A stretch of 34,411 nucleotides of DNA from Bacteroidales bacterium. GTDB lineage: Bacteria > Bacteroidota > Bacteroidia > Bacteroidales > UBA12077. Within the stretch, counting starts at the first letter, position 1; each line of letters starts with the position of its first letter. Location: positions 1 through 34,411 of the forward strand of contig JASGMZ010000004.1 of assembly GCA_030156305.1 (NCBI GenBank), read 5' to 3'. The notes beneath the pieces are model-generated. The model was not told the DNA's origin, ran no database searches, and was given only the letters and a program-made list of their open reading frames with translations. The translations under genes were made by a program, and so were the position numbers. Shown piece by piece: positions 1 through 8,518 of the stretch.

Positions 1-36
1 CTAATATCCGTAAGTTAGTTAAGTTTTTATTTGTAA

Positions 37-130
37 CACTAAGTCACTCAAAGTATAACACAAAGTTTCACTAAGTAGAATCTCACCTAACTTGGTGTAA
101 CTTTGTGATAAAACTTTGTGGTACATTGTG
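37..130. repeat. Palindromic heptamer array: 4x CACAAAG-like then 4x CTTTGTG-like
   Basis: Heptamers at 37, 47, 59, 69 (cactaag, ctcaaag, cacaaag, cactaag) and 91, 101, 114, 124 (cttggtg, ctttgtg, ctttgtg, cattgtg); same family at 28575-28668. Confidence 0.7.
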
Positions 131-270
131 AAACTCTTAAAAGATATGCGGATTTTAGGATATCTATAATTTATTAACGCTGTGAATGCTTACAGGGTTT
201 ATTCATTCAAAATAAAAATATCAATAACTTTGTTTATAATTTTTTGCAAGAAAACAAAATTTTCGTAACA

Positions 271-921
271 TCAATGTAGTTTAATAGAGCCTTTCGTTTT
301 ATCCAAAACTTTAAAGAATATTCCATCCTCGTCTTCTGTAAATCCCAGTTTTTTTAAATATTCAACATATTTTTTACTATTCCCGGATGCTTTAACGATA
401 TCAAACCCATCCTGAATAAATCTTTTTCTTAATCTTAAATAGATGTATCGCCCGTTTTTAAAATCACGATATTCGGGAATCACATAATCAAGTCCAACCC
501 TTAGTATATTTCCATCCTCGCGTCGAGCCAAAAATAATCCGGCAACCGACATGTTTCGTAATATAAAAAAGCTAATGGTATTCATTTCAGGTTTATACTT
601 AAATCCGGGAAAGAATTTTTGTATTTCTTTATGATGAAATTCCAGAAATCGTAAAAGGTATTTGTTGTCAGCTCTTACTTCTAGTATTTCAAAAAGTTCT
701 TTTTTCCCATATATGGTTATTAAATAATAAATATCAACAACTACAATAAATCCGTTTAAAAAGCCAACCGGCAATGCGCCAATTAAAAAACCATAAGTAG
801 AAAAAGTAGTAGCTCCAATTAAATTAATCCATCTGAATTTTACGATGGAGCTCATGGTCATGGATAAGGCAATAATTACCGATGCAGCATAACCAATCCA
901 TTCGAGTATGTTTAGTTCCAT
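271..921 (-). CDS. Membrane protein with YgjV-like N-terminal TM region and soluble, possibly GNAT-like, C-terminal domain
   Basis: 216 aa; hydrophobic first ~70 aa (WIGYAASVIIALS..FRWINLIGA..YGFLIGA), then LDYVIPEYRDFKNG and YLKKLGF resembling GNAT motifs A/B. Confidence 0.6.
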   Translation of the reverse strand: MELNILEWIGYAASVIIALSMTMSSIVKFRWINLIGATTFSTYGFLIGALPVGFLNGFIVVVDIYYLITIYGKKELFEILEVRADNKYLLRFLEFHHKEIQKFFPGFKYKPEMNTISFFILRNMSVAGLFLARREDGNILRVGLDYVIPEYRDFKNGRYIYLRLRKRFIQDGFDIVKASGNSKKYVEYLKKLGFTEDEDGIFFKVLDKTKGSIKLH

Positions 922-940
922 ACGATTTAGTTTCGAGTTT

Positions 941-974
941 AAAGTTCAAAGTTAATAATATAACTTTGAACTTT
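941..974. repeat. Intergenic hairpin built from 7-bp units
   Basis: Perfect 14-bp inverted repeat aaagttcaaagtta (941-954) / taactttgaacttt (961-974), 6-nt loop. Confidence 0.7.
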
Positions 975-984
975 TAATCTGGAG

Positions 985-2247
985 CTAATTCTTCATTTTT
1001 TCCCAAAGTCGAACTGATTGTTCTTTTGAGAATTCTAATATTTCGGATTCGTTTACCGTTTGCATTTTACGGCCTTTAACGATGATTTTTCCATTAGAAA
1101 TTACATCGTTGATATGATTTGAGTTAATACCAAAAACAAAATGCCCTAAAAAATTATCCTGATTGATTGGGGTAGGTGAGTCATAATCCAAAATGACCAG
1201 ATTATTTTCTCCATCGCCATCGAATTGATTAAGAGCAATATACTCATGCACCTTTCTAAAACGCTCATAAACAGAAGAAAAATCTATGGTATCAAATCCC
1301 TGGCCCACAAAAAATGCTGATTTAGCACTTTGTAGCATATCGCTGTGCATACCATCTGTTCCCAACATGATATTTTTTCCCAATCCTTTGGAATTGAAAT
1401 AACCCACATTGTTATTCAGGTTACTCTCCATATTCTGGACAATATATGCTTTTGATTGGCTAACCAATTTTCGTTCTTTATCATTCAAATGCAAACAATG
1501 TACGAGTATTGATTTTGATGAATCTAATGCTCCAAAGTTATTTAATCGTTCAATAACACTTTTGTTATGATGATTTTGGCAATGCTCCTGATCGTATTTC
1601 CCTTCGGCCACATGAATATGAAATCCTGAATTGTATTTTTGCATTAAGTTAACCGCTTTCTTCATGGTTTCATCACCTACGGTAAAAGATGCGTGTAACC
1701 CTACCAAACCCTGGTTTGATTGTAAATATTTTTCGGTCTCAGCAAGCCCTTTTTCTGCTTTATCCAAACCATCTCTGTCAGTAATTTCGTAGCACAATAA
1801 ATGACTAATGCCCACTTTATCAAAAGCGTTAGCAATAATTTCCAGCGAACCATTAATGTAATTAGGTGATGCATGATGGTCGATAACAAAGGTTGAACCG
1901 GCTTTTGCACAAGCCATCGCTGTATATAAAGCACTGGCTTCAATCATTTCTTTGTCAAGGGATTTATCTAATGTCCACCAAATATATTGAAGGATTTCGT
2001 AAAAATTTTCCGGATTTTTTTTGGGGGATCCCATACCACGAGACAATGCTGAGTACACGTGATGGTGCCCCACGGCAAAGGATTTGGTAACTAATTTACC
2101 TTGGCAATCAATTACCTTTGATGCATTTGAGTTTTCACTATTTGTAAAACTTATTTTTCCGTTTAAACCTTCTTCCACAAGAATGTTTGTGTTCAAAAAT
2201 TTAAGGGTTTTCCAATCGATGTATGTTGCGTTTTTAAGTAGAATCAT
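985..2247 (-). CDS. ssnA: Metal-dependent amidohydrolase, SsnA-like
   Basis: 420 aa; GHHHVYS metal motif, IDHHAS, GLHASFT, HIHVAE, LVHCLH, GTDG; adjacent to a molybdenum hydroxylase as typical for SsnA. Confidence 0.8.
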   Translation of the reverse strand: MILLKNATYIDWKTLKFLNTNILVEEGLNGKISFTNSENSNASKVIDCQGKLVTKSFAVGHHHVYSALSRGMGSPKKNPENFYEILQYIWWTLDKSLDKEMIEASALYTAMACAKAGSTFVIDHHASPNYINGSLEIIANAFDKVGISHLLCYEITDRDGLDKAEKGLAETEKYLQSNQGLVGLHASFTVGDETMKKAVNLMQKYNSGFHIHVAEGKYDQEHCQNHHNKSVIERLNNFGALDSSKSILVHCLHLNDKERKLVSQSKAYIVQNMESNLNNNVGYFNSKGLGKNIMLGTDGMHSDMLQSAKSAFFVGQGFDTIDFSSVYERFRKVHEYIALNQFDGDGENNLVILDYDSPTPINQDNFLGHFVFGINSNHINDVISNGKIIVKGRKMQTVNESEILEFSKEQSVRLWEKMKN

Positions 2248-2264
2248 AATAATAATTTTAAGTG

Positions 2265-2333
2265 AGATTCGACATCAAGTGCGGAATGATATTTCGTTTA
2301 TTGTTTTTGTCATTCCCGTGAAAACGGGAATCT
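2265..2333. repeat. Pair of GTCAT..ATCT REP-like hairpins in opposite orientation
   Basis: 2309-2333 gtcattcccgtgaaaacgggaatct (stem attcccgt/acgggaat); 2265-2290 reads ATCATTCCGCACTTGATGTCGAATCT on the minus strand. Confidence 0.75.
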
Positions 2334-2334
2334 T

Positions 2335-4887
2335 TCATTTGTTTCTTAGCAAAGGTAACTTATATCTTCTTATTCCGTCAAATTTGGTTAAAGCGTTGCC
2401 TACTGCAGCTGCTGTGGGTACTAATCCGATTTCTCCAATTCCTTTGGCTCCGTAAGGCCCAACAGGATCTTTTACTTCAATCATTCTTACATCAATTTCT
2501 GGTGTTTCGTGAGCTCTTAAGATTTTCAAATCTTTCATCTTATCACTTATTAAAAATCCATCTTTCATGGGTAAATCTTCGGTTAATGCATAACCAAGTC
2601 CCATGTGTACCCCGCCTTCTACCTGGCCTTCAAAAAGCATTGGGTTCATTATTTTGCCACCATCGTGTGCAGCTATCATTTTCTTTATTTTTCCATTGTC
2701 ATCTAAGATACACACCTGTGCTGCATAACCGTAAGAATAATGGGTAATTTGTTCGTCAACATCTGTTCCTGGTTTAGTAGTCCAGTCGCAGACATATTGC
2801 CCTTTGTACGATTTGCCAACAATTTCTTTTAAAGATTTTGTTTTTAAATCTTTTTTTAATGCTTTGGCCGCATTAATCACGGCCAATCCAACCAATGCTG
2901 TTGCCCGCGATGATGTAGTCATTCCAGTTTTGATTTGTGCATCTGTATCAACAACCACTTCAATAATATCAGGAGAAAGGGATGTTTCCTGACACAATGT
3001 TTGTAAGGCCATATTATGTACCCCTTGTCCCATCTCGGTCCATCCGTGTTGTATACGGATATGATTTTCGGAAATAATATCTATCATTACTTTTGAATCA
3101 TCAATCATTCCATTCCCTACACCTGAATTTTTAATGGCGCAAGCCAGCCCTGCAAATTTTGCCTTTTTAAAGTCATCCTTAACGGCATCTAAACAAGCGC
3201 GAATTCCTACGCCAAAAACTTTTTGTCCGGTGGATGTTTTTAACCCATCAACCAGGGCATTGTCATATCTTATCTGCCATCTGTCGAAATTAGCCTGATT
3301 GCAAATGTCATCGATACAACTTTCCAGGGCAAAACATACCTGGTTGACGCCAAATCCTCGCATAGCTCCAGAAGGAATATTATTGGTATAAACTGTTTTG
3401 GCTTCAATATCAATTTCCGGAATAAAATAACCTCCGGATGCATGTCCCGCCACTCTTTCCAAAACTTTCATGCCAACCGAAGCATAAGCTCCGGTATCGC
3501 CCACAGCTCGTAACTTTAATGCTGTGAGTTTTCCTTTTTCGTCAGCACCCAACTCAATATCCATAAATACAGGATGACGCTTGGGATGCAGGCGTATTGA
3601 TTCTTCTCTTGTTAAGCTTAATTTTACAGGTTTTTGCATTAACCAGGCAAATAATGATGCATGGCCCTGTATGCTTAAATCTTCTTTTCCTCCAAATCCA
3701 CCCCCATTGGGGACAAGTGTTACATGCACTTTTTTTTCGGGTAATCCTAAGATCATAGCTACCTGGCGCCGGTCTTCATAAACACCCTGGCTCTGGCTAA
3801 ATAATTTTAGGCCATTTTTCCCATCCGGTTGTGCTACAGCAGCTTCTTTTTCTAAAAATGCATGTTCTATGCGTTGTGTTTCATATCTTCCTTTGGAAGT
3901 ATATGCTGATTTTTTTAATGTATCTTTGGCATTTCCAATGGTAAATTGAGTAGTATCAAAATGATTGGGCCTTTCATCATGCACCTGAGGGCCGTCAATT
4001 GCTTTAAATACATCGGTTACAGGTTCAAAAATTTCATATTCAACGTTAATTTTTTGAACTGCTTTGCGGGCAATATCTTCGGTTTCGGCAACTACACCTG
4101 CAATTACATCCCCAATATAATGCGTGGTTTCTCCTTCATCAATCATCACATTCCAATCCTGGAGTATTAATCCCACTTTTTTTTCGCCGGGAATATCCTT
4201 TGCTGTAAAAACACGGTGTACTCCGTTTAATTTTTCTGCCTGTGAGGTATCAATTTTTAAAACCCTGGCTTTGGGATGATCACTGAATTTTAGGGCAGCG
4301 AAAAGCATTCCGTCAAGAAAAATATCATCCACAAAATTGCGTTTTCCCAACGCTGTTTTATAGGCTTCGTATTTAGGATGAGCAACACCCACTTTTCCCG
4401 ATGTTTTGGTTATCTCCAGCTGTTTTGTGTTGCGAATTGCTTCACCGGCATACAGCATTGCCTGCTCAATTTTTTTGTATCCGGTGCACCGGCAAATATG
4501 AGGTTTTATTGCTTTTTGAATTTCTTCGATGGTGGGATTTGGGTTATTTTGTAAAAGGATTTTTGTGCGGGTTATAAAACCAGGAGTACAGAAACCACAT
4601 TGAACGGCTCCTTTATTAACAAAGGCTTTGGCAATCGTATCTTTAACATAATCAGGGAAACCTTCGGGAGTTAATATCACAGCACCATCAAGTTTGCCCA
4701 TTTTTGTTACACAAGCCAGTTTGGCTTTGCCATCAATTTCTACTGTACAAGCACCGCATGTTGCTTGTCCTGAGCATCCATCTTTAATCGATGTAATATG
4801 CTTTCCGGTGCGTAAATATTTTAATAATGTTTGATGGGCATCTCCCTTGTAAGTTTCTTTAACACCGTTTAAAGTAAATGTAATCAT
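2335..4887 (-). CDS. xdh: Selenium-dependent xanthine dehydrogenase-type molybdenum hydroxylase (2x[2Fe-2S] + molybdopterin domains, no FAD domain)
   Basis: 850 aa; GCSGQATCGAC, QCGFC, CRCTGY Fe-S motifs; GGGFGGK, AMRGFG, EMGQG, SSR, KGIGE MoCo-family motifs. Confidence 0.85.
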   Translation of the reverse strand: MITFTLNGVKETYKGDAHQTLLKYLRTGKHITSIKDGCSGQATCGACTVEIDGKAKLACVTKMGKLDGAVILTPEGFPDYVKDTIAKAFVNKGAVQCGFCTPGFITRTKILLQNNPNPTIEEIQKAIKPHICRCTGYKKIEQAMLYAGEAIRNTKQLEITKTSGKVGVAHPKYEAYKTALGKRNFVDDIFLDGMLFAALKFSDHPKARVLKIDTSQAEKLNGVHRVFTAKDIPGEKKVGLILQDWNVMIDEGETTHYIGDVIAGVVAETEDIARKAVQKINVEYEIFEPVTDVFKAIDGPQVHDERPNHFDTTQFTIGNAKDTLKKSAYTSKGRYETQRIEHAFLEKEAAVAQPDGKNGLKLFSQSQGVYEDRRQVAMILGLPEKKVHVTLVPNGGGFGGKEDLSIQGHASLFAWLMQKPVKLSLTREESIRLHPKRHPVFMDIELGADEKGKLTALKLRAVGDTGAYASVGMKVLERVAGHASGGYFIPEIDIEAKTVYTNNIPSGAMRGFGVNQVCFALESCIDDICNQANFDRWQIRYDNALVDGLKTSTGQKVFGVGIRACLDAVKDDFKKAKFAGLACAIKNSGVGNGMIDDSKVMIDIISENHIRIQHGWTEMGQGVHNMALQTLCQETSLSPDIIEVVVDTDAQIKTGMTTSSRATALVGLAVINAAKALKKDLKTKSLKEIVGKSYKGQYVCDWTTKPGTDVDEQITHYSYGYAAQVCILDDNGKIKKMIAAHDGGKIMNPMLFEGQVEGGVHMGLGYALTEDLPMKDGFLISDKMKDLKILRAHETPEIDVRMIEVKDPVGPYGAKGIGEIGLVPTAAAVGNALTKFDGIRRYKLPLLRNK

Positions 4888-6134
4888 GAGAACATTTTTT
4901 TCAGATTTCCGATGTTGGGTTCGATTGAATCAGGTATTTTAAGCATGGATTGAACCGCATTAAGATCTTTTAATCCACTTCCGGTTAAAAGTACAACATT
5001 TTTTGATTTATTGTCAAGTTTCTGATGATGATAATAATTCAATAATCCTGCAAAACTTGTTGCAGCAGCAGGTTCTGCAAAAAGTCCTGTATTTTTTGAT
5101 AGGATAGAAGACGCTTTAAGTATTGATTGATCAGAAACGGTAATGTATTCTCCATTATATTTTTGGATAAAGTATTTTACCATATTAAAGTTACGAGGAA
5201 TATCGACCGAAATTGAATCGGCAATAGTATCACTTTTTCTGATTTTAAAATTCTTATGGTTTAGATTTCGGATTAAATTATCGCTTCCCTCTGATTGTAC
5301 GGCAACAATGATAGGTATTTTGTTGATGATTTTGAGGTTTAACAAATCTTCGAAACCCTTGTAAATGCCTGATATAATTACTCCATCACCCACAGGGACA
5401 AAGATTTTATCAGGGATGGTTTCATTTAATTGATCATAAATTTCGAAGGAAACTGTTTTTTTCCCTTCGATGGTTAATGGATTGTAAGCTGTGTTACGAT
5501 TATACCAGCCAAATTCTTTGGTTGCTTTAATACTTAATTCAAATGCATCGTCGTATGTTCCTTTTACAGGGATTATGGTTGCTCCATACATTAAAATTTG
5601 AGTGAGTTTTGCCCATGGAGCTTTTTCAGGTACCATGATAATAGCTTTTTGTTTTTGTGCAGCACAAATTCCAGCCAGTGATGATCCTGCATTTCCTGTT
5701 GATGCAGTAACCAATGTGTTTAATTTATTTTCTTTAGCGTATGCTGAAACTAAAGCTGATGCCCGGTCTTTAAACGAAAAGGTAGGATTTTGTGAATCAT
5801 CTTTTAAAAATAATTGGAAAGGTAATTTATTGTTATCCAGCTCATTGCATTCATATAAAGGTGTGTTTCCAACTTTTAATCTGGGCAAACTAACAATACT
5901 TCTAATAGGTAAAATTTGCAGAAAATTTTCCTTTCTCAAATCATTAAAAAGGATATTTTTCTCTGTATGATTAAAAAAGTTATAAACAATTCTAAGAACT
6001 CCTTTTGGAGGATTTAAATCGTTATTTTCCTTACTACATTTGGGACAAAGATATATTGTTTCAGATGCATTGTATTGTTTTCCACAATCAATACACTCAT
6101 AAATGAATTTTTCAGTAGTGGTTTTTTGTTTCAT
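4884..6134 (-). CDS. Threonine synthase-like PLP enzyme with N-terminal Zn-ribbon
   Basis: 416 aa; CIDC..CPKC, NPTFSFKDR (PLP Lys), ASTGNAG, EGKKT, VPVGDG, LTGSGLK; ATGA overlap with xdh. Confidence 0.85.
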   Translation of the reverse strand: MKQKTTTEKFIYECIDCGKQYNASETIYLCPKCSKENNDLNPPKGVLRIVYNFFNHTEKNILFNDLRKENFLQILPIRSIVSLPRLKVGNTPLYECNELDNNKLPFQLFLKDDSQNPTFSFKDRASALVSAYAKENKLNTLVTASTGNAGSSLAGICAAQKQKAIIMVPEKAPWAKLTQILMYGATIIPVKGTYDDAFELSIKATKEFGWYNRNTAYNPLTIEGKKTVSFEIYDQLNETIPDKIFVPVGDGVIISGIYKGFEDLLNLKIINKIPIIVAVQSEGSDNLIRNLNHKNFKIRKSDTIADSISVDIPRNFNMVKYFIQKYNGEYITVSDQSILKASSILSKNTGLFAEPAAATSFAGLLNYYHHQKLDNKSKNVVLLTGSGLKDLNAVQSMLKIPDSIEPNIGNLKKMFS

Positions 6135-6307
6135 AATATTTTAAACTACTGCGAATTTCTTATTTTTGTTAAAGAATAACAGTCTCTATATTTTCAAAAT
6201 TAAAGGTGTCTGTGTAGTTTTTTAAGGTTTGGTATTCCTGATACTTAAATTTTGTATAAAATTAATTCAGGTTTTATTTTTACTACATCCAGGCACCTTT
6301 ATGTTTT

Positions 6308-7789
6308 TCAGATATTTTTTAACAACCCGGTTGCTTCGTTGAATTCATTAATCAGTTCATCCCATCGTTTAACCTGGGTAAATTGCTCCTTCCAGATATT
6401 TCTATCGTACCACAGCTTATTTAAATCATCTACTTCTTTTGCTTGTTGTTCAATCCATGTAAAATATTTCAGATTATGTATGGATTTTTTATCATAATAA
6501 CTTAGTTCTTTTGTATAATCAATGGTACAACCAAATATACATTTTTCAAAATCTTTTGCTGCCTGAATTTGATGATAAGAACCTCGCTCATCATTTAATT
6601 CTTTGATTCTTGATTGATACATATCGGCAGAGTCTGTAGCAACAGTAATTATGATGTCATCATCAGTCATTTCGTAATATTTTGCTGTTTTAATGGCTGA
6701 TAACAAGTTTCCTATTCCGGATATCCCAATTAAATGTAAATTATCAATCAATTCTTGATCAATACCCGATGACTTTAAATATTGATGGCCCTCTTTTTCA
6801 TTAAATAAGCGAAGAAGGCGCATACAATCTTCATCGTCTATTGCAGTTACCATATTGGTATTTTTAATATTATGAATCCATGGCACATGTTTGTCGCCAA
6901 TACCTTCAATTCTGTGACCGCCAAATCCGTTCAATAATAATGTTGGGCATTGCAGAGCCTCTGAAGCAACAACTTTGATATTAGGGATAAAAGTCCGTAA
7001 ATAATCTCCTGCTGCAATAGTGCCGGCCGATCCGGTAGCTGAAACATAAGCTGCGAAATTAGATTTTTCGGTTTTTAACTGATTATAAATTTCTGCTATG
7101 GCATTTCCTGTAATATTATAATGCCAGGCAGCATTTCCAAACTCATCAAATTGGTTAAATATGATAGAATCGGGTCGTGTTCGACGAATTTCCCAGCATT
7201 TATCATAAATTTCTTTTACGTTTGATTCACACCCTGGTGTAGCAATAACCTCCGAACCAATCTCATTTTTTAACCAGTTAAATCTTTCCTCGCTCATTTC
7301 TTTGGGTAAAATGGCTATGGATTCCGTTCCCATTAATTTAGAATCAAAAGCTCCGCCTCGACAATAGTTGCCCGTTGAAGGCCATACAGCCTTATGATAG
7401 GTTGGGTCATATTCGCCAGTAGTAATTCGTGGAGCTAAACATCCATAAGCAGCACCAACTTTATGCGATCCGGTTGGAAACCATTTACCTATAAGTAAAA
7501 CAATTCGTGCTTTAACACCTGTAATTTCTTTCGGTAGTTCAATATAATTAACATTCCCAAATAATCCACCTTTTTCTTTGGGCTCATTCTTCCAGGTTAT
7601 GCGGAAAAGATTTAAAGGGTTAATTTCCCATAGCCCTACATTTTTTAATTTATCCTTTATTTTATCAGGAATTAAATCCGGATTTTTTTGTTGTTCAAAT
7701 GTGGGTAGGATAATATTCCTTTCCTTAAATCTTTGTATTGCATTCTTTAATGCTGTTTTATCGGTGACTTTATCAATTATTTCAATCAT
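6308..7789 (-). CDS. Fold-type II PLP-dependent enzyme (cysteine synthase/Trp synthase beta superfamily)
   Basis: 493 aa; PTGSHKVG (PLP Lys), STGNY, ATGSAGT glycine loop, HRIEGIG. Confidence 0.8.
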   Translation of the reverse strand: MIEIIDKVTDKTALKNAIQRFKERNIILPTFEQQKNPDLIPDKIKDKLKNVGLWEINPLNLFRITWKNEPKEKGGLFGNVNYIELPKEITGVKARIVLLIGKWFPTGSHKVGAAYGCLAPRITTGEYDPTYHKAVWPSTGNYCRGGAFDSKLMGTESIAILPKEMSEERFNWLKNEIGSEVIATPGCESNVKEIYDKCWEIRRTRPDSIIFNQFDEFGNAAWHYNITGNAIAEIYNQLKTEKSNFAAYVSATGSAGTIAAGDYLRTFIPNIKVVASEALQCPTLLLNGFGGHRIEGIGDKHVPWIHNIKNTNMVTAIDDEDCMRLLRLFNEKEGHQYLKSSGIDQELIDNLHLIGISGIGNLLSAIKTAKYYEMTDDDIIITVATDSADMYQSRIKELNDERGSYHQIQAAKDFEKCIFGCTIDYTKELSYYDKKSIHNLKYFTWIEQQAKEVDDLNKLWYDRNIWKEQFTQVKRWDELINEFNEATGLLKNI

Positions 7790-7830
7790 TATTATATAGT
7801 ATTAATTTGCTTTGTAAGGTATAAAAAATA

Positions 7831-7909
7831 CAAATATATTCTTTTATTTAAAAAATAAATAGTAAAAATTACTAATTTTGTAAATTATTAAAGAAATATA
7901 TTATATTTG
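7831..7909. promoter_or_regulatory. Back-to-back Bacteroidota-type promoters for the PLP/xdh operon and lrp
   Basis: TATATTTG on minus strand at 7831-7838; TTTG 7877-7880 plus TATATTTG 7902-7909 on plus strand (21-nt spacer), matching TTTG-N19-21-TAnnTTTG. Confidence 0.55.
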
Positions 7910-7949
7910 TATTTCATTTAAGTATAATCAATAGAAAATATATCTCGCT

Positions 7950-8414
7950 ATGAAACCTCTTGACGAAATAGATAAAAAGCTACTAAATATTCTTCAAATG
8001 AATAGTCGAATTACTATTCGTGAATTATCAGAACAGCTTCATTTATCAACTACACCTATTCATGAAAGAATTAAAAAGCTTGAAAAAGAAGGATATATTC
8101 AACAATACATTACTTTAATTGATCCTAAAAAAATAGGGAAGAAGCTTATTGTTTATATTTCTGTTTCTTTAAATATTCATACAAAAGAGGCTATAGAGGA
8201 ATTTGAAAAACATATTTCTACTATGGAGGAAGTAATGGAAGCTTTTTATGTTTCCGGTAGCTCTGATTTTCTGTTAAAAGTTTACTGTAATGATATGGAC
8301 GATTTTCATCATTTTGTAACCAATAAATTTTCTGTTATTAGGAATATTAGCCAGTTTGTTAGTTCTTTTGTAATGTCGGAATCTAAAGTAAAGCGAAATT
8401 TTCACATAAGTTAA
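7950..8414 (+). CDS. Lrp/AsnC family transcriptional regulator
   Basis: 154 aa; LDEIDKKLLNILQ..ELSEQLHLSTTPIHERIKKLEKEGYI HTH, VSGSSDFLLKV RAM domain; divergent from the operon. Confidence 0.92.
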   Translation: MKPLDEIDKKLLNILQMNSRITIRELSEQLHLSTTPIHERIKKLEKEGYIQQYITLIDPKKIGKKLIVYISVSLNIHTKEAIEEFEKHISTMEEVMEAFYVSGSSDFLLKVYCNDMDDFHHFVTNKFSVIRNISQFVSSFVMSESKVKRNFHIS

Positions 8415-8458
8415 TTTTATACGATATCAATATTATTAGTTAACAAGATATTATAATT

Positions 8459-8500
8459 AAAAAACCAGCTGGGTTAAAAATAAACTTCCAACTGGTTTTT
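8459..8500. terminator. Probable bidirectional terminator
   Basis: aaaaaaccag..ctggttttt hairpin between convergent lrp and aor. Confidence 0.55.
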
Positions 8501-8518
8501 ATAGGTTATTTAAATCTA

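Noticed and set aside
2335-7789. Possible selenocysteine read-through at the TGA stops of the xdh operon
   Set aside because: Each TGA falls at the expected protein end; this hydroxylase family uses a labile selenium cofactor rather than Sec
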